A DNA stretch of 64,000 nucleotides, from positions 47,058,001-47,122,000 of the forward strand of contig OZ024748.1 in the NCBI GenBank assembly GCA_964016885.1, written 5' to 3'. Each line of letters begins with the position of its first letter. Positions within the stretch are counted from its first letter, which is position 1. A model generated the notes under the pieces. It was not told the DNA's origin, searched no databases, and saw only the letters and a program-made list of their open reading frames with translations. The DNA is from Eledone cirrhosa. Taxonomy: Eukaryota. The position numbers and the translations under genes were made by a program. Positions 41,090 to 56,139 of the stretch are shown piece by piece.

Positions 41090-42110
41090 TTTATTATTGT
41101 TATTGTTATTGTTATTGCTATTCCTGTTCGTGTTGTTATTGCTGTTGTTGTTATTGTTATTGTTATTGTTATTCCTGTTGGTGTTGTTATTGCTGTTGTT
41201 GTTATTGTTATTCCTGTTGGTGTTGTTATTGCTGTTGTTGTTATTGTTATTCCTGTTGGTGTTGTTATTGCTGTTGTTGTTATTGTTATTGTTATTGTTA
41301 TTCCTGTTGGTGTTGTTATTGCTGTTGTTGTTATTGTTATTGTAAATTGTTATTCCTGTTCGTGTTGTTATTGCTGTTGTTGTTATTGTTATTGTTATTC
41401 CTGTTGGTGTTGTTATTCCTGTTGTTGTTGTTGTTATTGTTATTCCTGTTGTTGTTATTGTTATTGTTATTGTTATTCCTGTTGTTGTTATTGTTATTGT
41501 TATTGTTATTCCTGTTGGTGTTGTTATTGCTGTTGTTGTTATTGCGTTGTTATTGTTATTCCTGTTGATATTGTTATTGCTGTTGTTGTTATTGTTATCG
41601 TTATTCCTGTTGGTGTTGTTATTGCTGTTGTTGTTATTGTTATTGTTATTGTTATTCCTGTTCGTGTTGTTATTGCTGTTGTTGTTATTGCGTTGTTATT
41701 GTTATTCCTGTTGATATTGTTATTGCTGTTGTTGTTATTGTTATTGTTATTCCTGTTGGTGTTGTTATTGCTGTTGTTGTTATTGTTATTGTTATTGTTA
41801 TTCCTGTTGGTGTTGTTATTGCTGTTGTTGTTATTGTTATTGTTATTGTTATTCCTGTTGGTGTTGTTATTGTTGTTATTGTTATTCCTGTTGGTGTTGT
41901 TATTGCTGTTGTTGTTATTGTTATTGTTATTGTTATTCCTGTTGGTGTTGTTATTGCTGTTGTTGTTATTGTTATTGTTATTGTTATTCCTGTTGGTGTT
42001 GTTATTGCTGTTGTTGTTATTGTTATTGTTATCGTTTTTCCTGTTGGTGTTGTTATTGCTGTTGTTGTTATCGTTATTGTTATTCCTGTTGGTGTTGTTA
42101 TTGCTGTTGT
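41090..42110. repeat. (GTTATT)-based minisatellite
   Basis: Repeated GTTATTCCTGTTGGTGTTGTTATTGCTGTTGTT. Confidence 0.9.
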
Positions 42111-42464
42111 TGTTGCTTTTGTGTTACTGTTAATGTCATTGTTGTTGCTGTGGCTGATTTGCATTTGTTGTTGATGTTGTTGTTGTTGCTCTCATTTTTA
42201 TTGTTATTCCTGTTGATGTTATTATTGCTGTTGCTGTTGATATTACTTTTTTGTTGTTCCTCGCTTTGTTATTATTGATGTTATTGTTGTTGCAATAGGT
42301 GATGTTTTTTTTTTATTGTGGAGTCGGGGTCGGGTGTGGAAGAGGTCCTTATTGAATTTCTCAGTTATAAAAATAAAACAAATTTTCTGACTGGAATTAT
42401 TATTACCATTGTGAGCCATGTGTGAAAGAAACCATACTTATTATTATAAGTAGTAGTAGTAGTG

Positions 42465-42526
<62 letters not shown>

Positions 42527-42578
42527 GGTGGTGGTGGTGGTGGTGGTGGTGGTGGTGGTGGTGGTAGTAGTAGTACTA

Positions 42579-42633
<55 letters not shown>

Positions 42634-42769
42634 AAGTCTTTCATTAAAATTCTCACTTATTCCAACATTCTATACTATACTACTACTCTCTCCCTTTCTC
42701 TCTTTCAAACACAGACACACTCTTTCATATTCTATCCATCTCTCTCTTTCTCTCTCTCTCCGCACACAA

Positions 42770-43158
<389 letters not shown>

Positions 43159-43376
43159 GATCGAGTATCGAAAAATCGGCGCACGAGTTCACGATAAACA
43201 ATATTCGAAATGAGCGGCAGAGGCCTCAATAATTCAATTGAATCAGAGCTATAACTATCGTTAAAATACCGTCACACATAGAACAAGTCTACAATCAACC
43301 ATACGATAAAAAATCGATAATAGAAGATTCGGGACAAACAGATAAAAAATATCAATAAAACAATACATCAATAATT

Positions 43377-43466
<90 letters not shown>

Positions 43467-43731
43467 CATATATACATACATATATATATACATATATACA
43501 TACATATATATATATACATATATACATACATATATATATATACATATATACATACATATATATATATACATATATACATACATATATATATATACATATA
43601 TATATACATATATATATACATACATACATACATACATATATATATATATACATACATACATATATATATATATACATACATACATATATATATATATACA
43701 TACATACATATATATATACATACATACATAT

Positions 43732-43802
<71 letters not shown>

Positions 43803-43972
43803 TGTCCTGCTTGTTCACAGCAGTCGCCCGGCACTTAATGCTTCTGACAAAAACATGGTGCTTAGTTTACGGAATATTTAGCCCTAGGACATCGTTCAAG
43901 GTCATTTAATTAGCAACATAGTAGAGTGTTATAGAACCTCAAGATTAGTATCTTGTGTGCGTGTATATATAT

Positions 43973-44046
<74 letters not shown>

Positions 44047-44529
44047 GTAGATATGTGAGTTATATACCTTTTATATGCATAATAGACAAAAAGAATGCCC
44101 AATCATAGTTTCATAGCGCAGAATTCTTCATCGGAATTTTTTATCGCTGAACATCACATCAATTCAAAGAATCTACACAATTTTCTATGAATTGTATCAT
44201 ACATTGCCTGGAGCCTGTACACCTGAGAGAACAAACAACTTAGACACACACACATGTATATATACATATGTGTATATGTGTGTGTGTGGGGGGGGGGGGG
44301 GGGTTGACGTGAGTGTGTATTTGTATCTATAACACAAGTAAGAGATTAAGAGATGGCGACTTCAAATGCGCGTAAACATGTAGTTTGATGCACACATAAC
44401 CATACACACAAACACACACACAAACAAACATACACCCAAACACACGCACAAAACACACACACATGCATACATATATATATATATATATATGTGTGTGTAT
44501 GTGTGTGTGTGTTCTCATATATATATATA

Positions 44530-44718
44530 TAATTGTTTCTACTTTAGGCACAAGGCCAGCAATTAACCAGTGCATTACTGGTACTTTATTTTATCGACCC
44601 CGTAAGGATGAAAGGCAAAGTCAACCTCGGCGGGATTTGAACTCAGATCGTAAAGGGACGTAACTATGCTGGAAAGCATGGCGTCCGACCCTCTACTCGA
44701 TACTGCCTATGCACCGCC
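44530..44718 (-). mobile_element. Meta-like tRNA SINE, full length
   Basis: Near-identical to 17929-18119. Confidence 0.88.
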
Positions 44719-44999
44719 ATATATAATAATATGCCTTAAAGACCCCCCCCCACACACACACACACACACAACACAACACATCATGGGAGAAATTGGAACA
44801 GGACTTAATAAAAATGATTAAGAATATTAAATTTAAGAAATGCTCTCGGTATGTTGACCTTTCTTTAAACCGTTTTAATGAATTTTTATAGAAAATTAAC
44901 CCCAGGGCTACCTACATATTCTAAGCGACAAATTGGATTTTGACACCGACATGCACTTAACGAACTAAAGAAGCAATATGAAATAGATACAGCTGATAG

Positions 45000-46410
45000 T
45001 ATTAAAGAAGTTAATGGCACAGGGAAGAGTATTAACATAAATAAATATACTGATCCTTATAAACTCGGAAAATCTCGGTTTACGCTAAAGGAACAGAAGC
45101 CTAACTTCTATGATAACTCTTCTAGTAGATTTATTTGACCTTCAAATTCTGATATTCACAGAATTAGTAAACATCTTGGAAGAATAAAACCTAATTGAAA
45201 GACCAAAATGAAAAATCAATATTATGCTTTAGGGTAATACTGATAAAGTCATTAACTATTTTACCATTATTATGAATTAAAATAATTTTTAGTTATTTCA
45301 GTTTGATATTGACATTTATTATTCCTTTTTATTTTTTAATAAGGCTCTAATTTTAGCGATGAAATTTACTGATTTTAGTAACAATGAAGTTATAGTTATT
45401 GCTGCCAGACATACAATTGTTGTGTTCGGGGACCCCTGGGTTATAGTTGGTCATTCCAATGATTTTTATATAACGATGGTGTCAAGCGACTCGGTATCAG
45501 TTACAGATCTAATTGGCGTGTTCTTATTACATAAACTCAAAATAGAAATGCTAGCCCTACAAAGCGGATTATAGAGAGGCGATGCGATTTTCATTCTTAA
45601 GAAATATAACCAGAGTAGACAAGAAAACATGAAAAATCTTTTACATAAATTCTTAAAAAATTATGACAGTAACATCACTGTTGACTTAAACTACAACTGC
45701 TGATTTTCTAGAAGGTACTTTAGAAATGAGCACTGGTAAATACTGTCCTTATCACAGACCACTACAACACATATGGTACCTGCATAATTTATGTGGTCAT
45801 CCAAAACCTGTAATCGGTTTTAGTATAAAAGGCGTATGTTCTAGAATCTCCAGGTTTTTGGCCGATGAGGATATTTCCATAGCTGTGCCTGGTAATATAA
45901 TAAATCCTTAGCCAGATCTGGTTATAAGGAGAAAATGCCCGATATCCTTACCAATAATTATTATAAATAACATACAATGTTAAATTTGATGAATACTAAC
46001 TGTTAATAGGAATAACAATAGGAATTGGTTTAATAAGGTTAGGTACCTAATGGATATTTGTAAATCTCTTGAATTTCACCTTATAACAATAGGAAAGTAG
46101 TTAATACTAGAAATACTAACCATAGGGAAATTGGAAGATATAATGATCTAATTCCTTACTCTCAAATCACTCTACACTCAGATCCTAATAAAGTTAACCA
46201 ATCATATAATACATCACACATATTGAAGAACCAATGCCACCCACTAGATATATTTAGTATACTTAGCAGAAAACAGAATACTCATAGTATTTCTAAATTT
46301 CTATATTATACAGACGACCAGGCACTAATGAAATGACGTGGTTTAATCCTTCATTCCTAAAATATTTTAACGAATAAATGGTTTAAAACATTTATCTACC
46401 ATCTTAATTT
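45000..46410 (+). pseudogene. Decayed Penelope-like reverse transcriptase
   Basis: Across frames: FQFDID..Y (motif A), DFYITMVSSDSVSVTDLIG (motif B), GL*RGDA (YxDD-like), YCPYHRP..HP, TWFNP; many stops and frameshifts. Confidence 0.75.
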
Positions 46411-46431
46411 GTTATATATATATATATATAC

Positions 46432-46658
46432 ATTATTTAGCCTGATAGTGGGGTTAAGAACCCTCGGAGAAATGGAAAAAGACGAGTATTGACGTACATG
46501 TACGTACATGTACGTCAATACTCGTCTTTTTCCATTTCTCCGAGGGTTCTTAACCCCACTATCAGGCTAAATAATTTCTTTAATTTCTTTAGACAAAGTG
46601 CGGCGATAGCTTACATTTCTAATAATTTCAAACCCACTCGCTGTTTCGAAAATATTCT

Positions 46659-46662
<4 letters not shown>
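46432..46662 (+). mobile_element. Fold-back element (family of 1281-1523)
   Basis: Perfect arms of about 72 bp centred at 46503/46504; TA flanks. Confidence 0.7.
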
Positions 46663-46730
<68 letters not shown>

Positions 46731-46807
46731 TATTTACATAGCTTATATATATATATATCTGGATGTTTTCATAATACAGGATAGATGTATATGCTATAGT
46801 AAGTTTG

Positions 46808-46852
<45 letters not shown>

Positions 46853-46999
46853 ATGGTTGTTAGTCTATATCCATGTCTCTGTATAACTATTGGTTTTTAC
46901 GTTATAAGTAGTGGTTATATTTCTAATCCCACAGACACTTAAGTAATATATATTTAACTTTAAAACTTTCGATATTAAAATACTGAAAGTTAGTATTAA

Positions 47000-47037
<38 letters not shown>

Positions 47038-47820
47038 ATGTACATATGTATGTGAGTGTGTGTGTATACAGCTATATATAAATATATATATACACATTCC
47101 TGTATAAATTCATGCCCACGTTCATAAAAATATACGTACAGCCACACATACGTGCATCAACATACATATATGCTGAAATACATACATATATATACGCATG
47201 CATACATACATATATATATACACGCATACATACATAAATACATACACATATATACACGCATACATGCATGCATAAATACATACATATATACACGCATACA
47301 CACATGCCACATGCATAAATACATACATACGTACGTACATATATACATCCATACATATGTACGTAGATGTATACATACCAACATATCATAAAAATATCTC
47401 TAGCATTAGTAAACAAAACCGTATTTCCGTTTCCGACATGTTTTCCTACACACAACACAACAGTTCTCTTATATTTCAAATATGGCTCCCTTTTCTCTTA
47501 AAACGAAATTTCTTTAATATACATCGCCACCTTATTATTTTTTCATTCTATTTTGCTCTTCCTTCAATCAGATATTTACTATATTGAAGCAACAAAATTC
47601 AATTTTTTTCTTCTCTTTTCATTTCAATTTTTTTCTTTCTTTATATCTCCTTCACCATCACCATTAGTAAAAAATATTCCGTCCTCCATTGCAGAAATCC
47701 TGCACATCTTAAAAATTTCTAAACTTTTTTGTCTTCTTTTGTCTTCACTTCTTTAATATCTATCTATATTATGTATTTTAAACCATTAGTATTCAGTAAA
47801 ATAATACTATATACATATGA

Positions 47821-47871
<51 letters not shown>

Positions 47872-47878
47872 TGCAGGT

Positions 47879-47932
<54 letters not shown>

Positions 47933-47941
47933 ATATATATG

Positions 47942-47984
<43 letters not shown>

Positions 47985-48027
47985 ATATATATATATATGT
48001 ATATGTATGTATATATATATATGTATG

Positions 48028-48062
<35 letters not shown>

Positions 48063-48342
48063 GCATATAAATATGTATATGTATGCATATAAATATGTAT
48101 ATGTATGTATATCTATATATATATATATAGATAGATGGACGGATAGATAGTGAGATACAGAGATATATGTGCACACACTAAATTGAGGACCTTTTCCTTT
48201 TTTATATCTGATATTATTACTGATATTATAGCTGCATACATACACAATTACATACACACACACAGCACACACACACACACATATCTATATATATATATAC
48301 ATATAAATATATAGATGCATATATATATAAATATATAGATGC

Positions 48343-48402
<60 letters not shown>

Positions 48403-48623
48403 GTATATATATACATATATATATATATATACATATGTGTATATATATATATATATATACATATGTATATATCTATATATACATATGTATATATATATAG
48501 ATATAGATATATATATATGCATATATATATATATACATACATACATATATGCCTATATATATATATATATATATACATACATACATATATATATATATAT
48601 GGTGTGCGTGTATACACATATGC

Positions 48624-48680
<57 letters not shown>

Positions 48681-48727
48681 GAGAGAGAGAGAGAGAGAGG
48701 CATATGTGTATACACGCACACCATACA

Positions 48728-48785
<58 letters not shown>

Positions 48786-48834
48786 ATATATATATATATG
48801 TGTGTGTATATATATATATATATATATACATAGC

Positions 48835-49400
48835 TAGATAGATTCTGCTGTCGTCAATTTATTGTATATTGCGAGGTTTTTATTCTTGCTCTTGTTCGTT
48901 ATTTCTGTTATTTCTGTGGTATCTGCAATAGTTTTTCCAATGTAAGTAGGTATCTGCTACAAAACCAACCAATAGTTAAATTTCTTGTGTGTAGATTCTT
49001 CGATGTGAGTTACATTCCCGAGTAAGACTGATGAGAGCTGCGACATTGTCGTCATTAGAGCGTAGGAAAGAAAAGTGTCTTCCGTGCAATTGTCCCGGCG
49101 ATCTACTGTATAGTTTCAAATCCCATCGATGTACTCTTTTCCTTTCGTTATTTTGAAGATAAATTTGTCTACCAGTAAAGGACAGTTGGTTGTTGGAATT
49201 ATTAAATCGATAAAACAAGGTTTCTTGTTCTTATAATAAGCATGAAATTTCTCATAAAAGATATCTTTCCCCGTATTTAACTACGAACTGTCAGGCTCGG
49301 TACTCTAAAAGATAGATTTATTGGTATGAGCACCAAAGATATATTGTTTCTGACCGTGAATATCTTATAACTTTCTGTTTTTGCATCCCTGTGTATGTTT
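48835..49400 (-). pseudogene. Possible decayed GIY-YIG remnant
   Basis: Minus strand TAC ATT GGA AAA ACT (YIGKT) at 48930-48944 in the same TA-flanked block as the HHR at 49673. Confidence 0.35.
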
Positions 49401-49672
49401 TGTTTCATTTATCACCTATATATATCGAGCAATATTGGCCATGACTGCTGCTATGGTAGCAGGCAGGCCGCTGTCTTATTAGCAAACCACTTTCCACTGA
49501 TTGACCTCGTTGTCACGTGATTGATTCTTTTTGAATTTGCCCCCGACGCAGAGGCAGTGATTTTCTCAATGGCTAGGAATTCAGTCCACGCTTTGCTATT
49601 TTCTATGCACTGAATTATTTTTTAATAAGTTTCCAGTGTCCACGCTTTGCCTGGATACTTAGATGAGAATAG

Positions 49673-49754
49673 ACTTCCCTGACGACGGAATGCTTCTCTG
49701 TATTTTCTTCGGAAAATATATTTATTCCATTCCAGAAACTAATTAGTTAGAAGT
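49673..49754 (+). ncRNA. Type I hammerhead ribozyme
   Basis: ACTTCC-CTGACGA-C-GGAATG..CATTCC-A-GAAA-CTAATTAG-TT-AGAAGT. Confidence 0.72.
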
Positions 49755-49799
49755 GATATTTTAGTAAGTAAGTTAATTTTATAATTTTCTTATTTTACG

Positions 49800-49870
<71 letters not shown>

Positions 49871-49950
49871 GATAAGCAGAACAAGTAAAATTCAATCAAT
49901 TTTTCAAAATACATTAAAAAATATAATATAAATATTTACCTCTTCTAGTG

Positions 49951-50032
49951 GCCCTTACTGATCAGTTTCGCTTTGTAAAACCTCATAAATCCGATGGATT
50001 TATGATGGAAAACCAAAGCTCATCAGAGAAGC
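49951..50032 (-). ncRNA. Type I hammerhead ribozyme, copy 1
   Basis: GCTTCT-CTGATGA-GCTTTG..TCATAAATCC/GGATTTATGA..CAAAGC-GAAA-CTGATCAG-TA-AGGGC. Confidence 0.82.
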
Positions 50033-50435
50033 ATTTTCCCTTCCTAGGGCTAAACGTCCCAGGAACGACAAAATATACAACCTCCTGCCAGCTAATAAAG
50101 GTCTGAAAGGTCGTAAAAGTGACCCGTATGTAAACTGGACCGAAGTAAAAGCGGGAAAATCAAAGACTTGCTGTCTACAATTACTACTAAAAAAATAGCA
50201 GCCAAGTAGAGCAACAGATTTGTTCTCAACGGACGGAGAAAAAGGTAGAAGTTAATATGTCCAGGGATACTAGGTACCCCTAGAAATACATAGGTTGTCT
50301 ATGATTCAAGGTTGTTCAATGGTGTTAATTTGATACACCAGAACTTTAATATTAAGATAAGCAGAACAAGTAAAATTCAATCAATTTTTCAAAATACATT
50401 AAAAAATATAATATAAATATTTACCTCTTCTAGTG

Positions 50436-50517
50436 GCCCTTACTGATCAGTTTCGCTTTGTAAAACCTCATAAATCCGATGGATTTATGATGGAAAACCA
50501 AAGCTCATCAGAGAAGC
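50436..50517 (-). ncRNA. Type I hammerhead ribozyme, copy 2
   Basis: Identical to copy 1, offset by 485 nt. Confidence 0.82.
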
Positions 50518-50686
50518 ATTTTCCCTTCCTAGGGCTAAACGTCCCAGGAACGACAAAATATACAACCTCCTGCCAGCTAATAAAGGTCGGAAAGGTCGTA
50601 AAAGTGACCCGTATGTAAACTGGACCGAAGTAAAAGCGGGAAAATATATATATATATATATGTATAGTCCAGCCTCCTGTTATTGT

Positions 50687-50778
<92 letters not shown>

Positions 50779-51200
50779 GGAAAAAATGAAACGAAATTTC
50801 ATTTCTCACAGTTAGTACGGCAGTTACTTAAATATAAGTCTGTATACGTACATATATATATGTATACAGACGTACAGTAGTATGTATATATATATACATA
50901 CATGCACACATATATATATATATGTACGTATGGAATCATCGAACATTTATTATAATGCTCGGTGTGTTTGTAAGCAAACATCCCGAATTAAGCCGTACAG
51001 TGTCTAGCAACTATCGTTGCTCTTTTGTTCAACACTGAAAGGAACGCTGTACTAGTTTCAAGCTTATTAGCTATCGTCAGCAACGTATACCTTCCTGTCA
51101 GATTGAACGTCTGAAAGTATATACTTTCCTTATGCACATTAACGGCTGAGTAGCCTAATTTGCAATCGAGTGAGTTAATCGGCCGGGCGCACCGAAAACG

Positions 51201-52800
51201 ATAGTTTACTGCTACCCATCCCGACTGTGGCAGTCAGCCGAAAGCCAGAGGGGATGGGAGAGTGTTAGTTTTTACAGGTCACAATACTACCTCTCACCAA
51301 GCGTGGACAGTACGACTGACCATCAACTCTTTTGTGTACTTTATGTCTGTTTTTCTTTTGTCTTTGTTCTATGTGATGGAAATTATGACTGTGTACCAGA
51401 TTGACTACTGCCTTGAATACTGTAGTTTACCCTCCGTTCTAATGTACGGCACTGTCGTTCAATATGTGGATAGAGTATCTGTGACCTTAGAACCCCTCTC
51501 AGAACTTCTTACTTAAACATCTCTCTCCATATTATTTACTCACTTCAATCCATATTTTTTTTACTCACCTCAATCCGGATTCTCACTTGAAAAATGTTTT
51601 AATTTCTAATTGTTAATTTTTTAATTGTTTAATTTATAATTTCTGATATTTGATTTAGGATTTTAATTTTTATTTCCAACTCTCACTCTTAACTTCCAAT
51701 GTATAACCATGATACCTAGAATTAAGTTTATTTTCTCTTATGAGTTGATGGTCAGTCGTACTGTCCACGCTTGGTGAGAGGTAGTATTGTGACCTGTAAA
51801 AACTAACACTCTCCCATCCCCTCTGGCTTTCGGCTGACTGCCACAGTCAGGATGGGTAGCAGTAAACTATGGTACAGGCCTGGGTGGGCCATTGTTTGGC
51901 TGAGAGGGTGAACTGACTAAGCGAATTTCGTTGAAATCTGCGGAAGCTAATGGTCAACTTCCTTCGGACATGCGTCTGCGCAGACCGGTGGGGGTGGATT
52001 GGTACTCACAGGGGAACGGATGAGGAACCCAAAAGCACACACTTCATCCGTTCCCATGTCGATTCAATTTGGATTGCCTCGGAAACATAACCTTATTATG
52101 TAACAAGCTGTCTGATGATGTCACGACACTCGCACACAGAAGAGTGTGGCCAGTGTCGTCATTGAAATATATATCACAGCATTATTATTAAAGGACTTTA
52201 ACATCTGAAACTACTTCGCTTTTCCTTATTCGATATTTACTCCGTCACTCCTATGTGGAAAAAGTACGTTGAGTGCTTGAATTGAATTGCATCAATATTT
52301 ACCCTAATCATTTAGCTCAAATTAGTTGAGCGCTCTATGATGTAACCGATATGGTGGAGAAGAGAGGAACCAACCATGAGCTACCCCTGGAAATTCCCTC
52401 TACCATGGGGATGGAAACCCCTGACACTGGACGGACATAATAGTAACTTTCGGCAGGATAAATACGCGGAAACAAAACTAAGATAAACCCCTATTTTCCT
52501 GCACCAAATCGCATTTGAACAGAAGCCCCCTCAATTCAATCTATACATTGACAAATTGACAATCATATGGATCATTTTGCATATATGTACTCTGTGTTTT
52601 TGCATTTATTCATTATCGGTTCTTTTCTTTTGTGTACTTTATGTCTGTTTTTCTTTTGTTTTTGTTCCATTTGATGGAAATTATGACTGTGTACCAGATT
52701 GACTACTGCCTTGAATACTGTAGTTTACCCTCCGTTCTAATGCATGGCACTGTCGTTCAAAATGTGGATAGAGTAACTGTGACATTAGAACCCCTCTCAG
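51201..52800 (+). mobile_element. HHR element with 173-bp direct repeats (1298-nt period) and a 5' inverted segment
   Basis: 51330-51502 matches 52628-52800; 51201-51329 is the reverse complement of 51742-51870. Confidence 0.75.
52107..52180 (+). ncRNA. Type I hammerhead ribozyme
   Basis: GCTGT-CTGATGA-TGTC-ACGACACT..AGTGTCGT-CATT-GAAA-TATATA-TC-ACAGC; predicted cleavage after C52175. Confidence 0.88.
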
Positions 52801-53181
52801 TTGCCTTCCTCATTATATTTATTGTCACTTATCCTTCTAATACCAAGAACAAGTCTCAACAAGAGAAAAGTATATAAGTGATAAACAAATTTTGTCTGCA
52901 AAAATATATACATACGGTTTCTGTATGCACACGTGGTTTTTGTTTTCCGTTCTTTCTACTTCTCACTCTCTATCTTTCTTTTTCAGGTTTAATTTCTCAT
53001 TCTCTCTGCTGATGAAAGACTAGTTTTCGAAACGCTAAGAATTCTTTCCTCTATATCAAGCCATGAACTAACATATTTCTTCACCATACTCTGTCGTCAT
53101 ACTCTGCCGTTTGCTTTATGAGATCTACCTTTTTGCATATATATATATACATACATACACACACAAACACACAAACAGACG

Positions 53182-53245
<64 letters not shown>

Positions 53246-53682
53246 AGTGATTTACATTTACAGTCTTTATTGGTAAAACTTTATGGAGTGTATGAAATAA
53301 TAAATACTAAAAACTGGAATGAAAATTTCTACAAACGATTCTTTATAATTTCAGATATCAGAATAATTCTTATCGATAATTGAATTGTTGAACATTTCAA
53401 ATACTGTATGAATTCGATTTAATTATAGCGATGAATTTATATTTATATATGACGTACATAGAAGCTATTAGATAATTCAGTATAGAAAGTGTTCAATAGC
53501 TATAGATAGGAGTATTATGGCCGATATTTCAGTAAGGTGAAATCACCTAATTGATGGAAGATTTAGTCGTAGAAGTTCAATCATAGCATTATATTATGTA
53601 ATGCCACACTTTCACAAAAATATTTATAAATATATTCATATATATATATATATATATATATATGGGTGTGTGTGTATATATG

Positions 53683-53752
<70 letters not shown>

Positions 53753-53758
<6 letters not shown>

Positions 53759-54082
53759 ATACTTGGGGAGGGTCATATTTGTGTAATATTGCCAGAATTA
53801 ATAACAGAACACACTCACTGTTTGGTTGGTTTTCGCTTCTCGCTGTCTTTTATATCTGCGATCTAACTTACTCGGTCCTCAATGTTGCCATTGACTGACC
53901 GACGGTCAAAAATAATACAGATACAATATAGACACAAACACATATATATAGTTTACATAATTTACATAAATCTTTCGTTGCACATCTGCAACATCGTCAG
54001 TGGTGTTATATTTTTTCCTCCTGTTGTGTTGTATGTCTACGCCATTTTTTATTCAGACTGAATAAAAAATGGCGTAGACATA
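53753..54082 (-). mobile_element. PLE-like element with a degenerate HHR and a terminal palindrome
   Basis: CTGACGA-T-GTTGCA/TGCAAC-GAAA at 53973-54000; 25-bp arms 54032-54082 centred at 54057. Confidence 0.65.
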
Positions 54083-54133
54083 AATAGATACCTTATAAAT
54101 TGATTAATCTTCCTTGTATATATTTCATTAAAG

Positions 54134-54269
<136 letters not shown>

Positions 54270-54282
54270 GTTTATATGTATG

Positions 54283-54375
<93 letters not shown>

Positions 54376-54377
54376 AG

Positions 54378-54447
<70 letters not shown>

Positions 54448-54512
54448 AGGTATATATATATATGTATGTATAGGTATATATATATGTATATATGTATATA
54501 TATATGTATATA

Positions 54513-54545
<33 letters not shown>

Positions 54546-54547
54546 GT

Positions 54548-54616
<69 letters not shown>

Positions 54617-54655
54617 TAAATGTATATATATATATATATATATATATATGTTTAA

Positions 54656-55356
<701 letters not shown>

Positions 55357-55589
55357 GTATGGATATGTATGTATACATATGTATGGATATGTATGTATAT
55401 ATATATGTGTATGTGTGTATATATATATATATATGTTTATATGTATGTATATGTATATATACATATATATATGTATGTATAGATATATATATATATATAT
55501 GTATACATATATATATGTATATATATATATTTATATATATATATATGTATACATATATATATGTATATATATATATTTATATATATATA

Positions 55590-55694
<105 letters not shown>

Positions 55695-56139
55695 TGTGAG
55701 TGTGTATGTGTTTGTGTGACGTTAAATCTTGCAGTAAGACTGTAAGAGAAGTAGCTGCTGCTCCTTCAACGTGAAGAGGTTTCATGGCAATGACATTGAC
55801 ATTTAGCTAATGAACCTGCAAGTGTAGGACTCGGACAGAAACTGGATTAAAGACAGAAGTTGTCCACCGTAAACATGCATACACGAAGACCAGTTTTAAT
55901 CTGGTCTGAAACGAAGGAAGCAATAGCTATAACATAACCATAATACCATCTTGGTCATCACCATCACCAACAATACCAATAATACACCGATCAATAGCAT
56001 CTTAGCCGTGATCAACTACAACAATAGCAATAACAACACCACCATCAAGATCTTAGCCATCATCATCCCCAACAATAGCAACACCCATCAATAACATCTT
56101 CGTCATCATCATCACCAACAATAGCAACAGCAACCCAGA

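Larger units (their letters stand above)
49865..50645 (-). mobile_element. Retrozyme-like 1.6-mer of a 485-nt unit with two HHRs
   Basis: 49867-50160 repeated at 50352-50645 (one mismatch seen); (TA)n flanks; no credible coding ORF. Confidence 0.85.

Noticed and set aside
49028-49075. CTGATGAG followed by a hairpin
   Set aside because: No properly registered GAAA, helix III or helix I.
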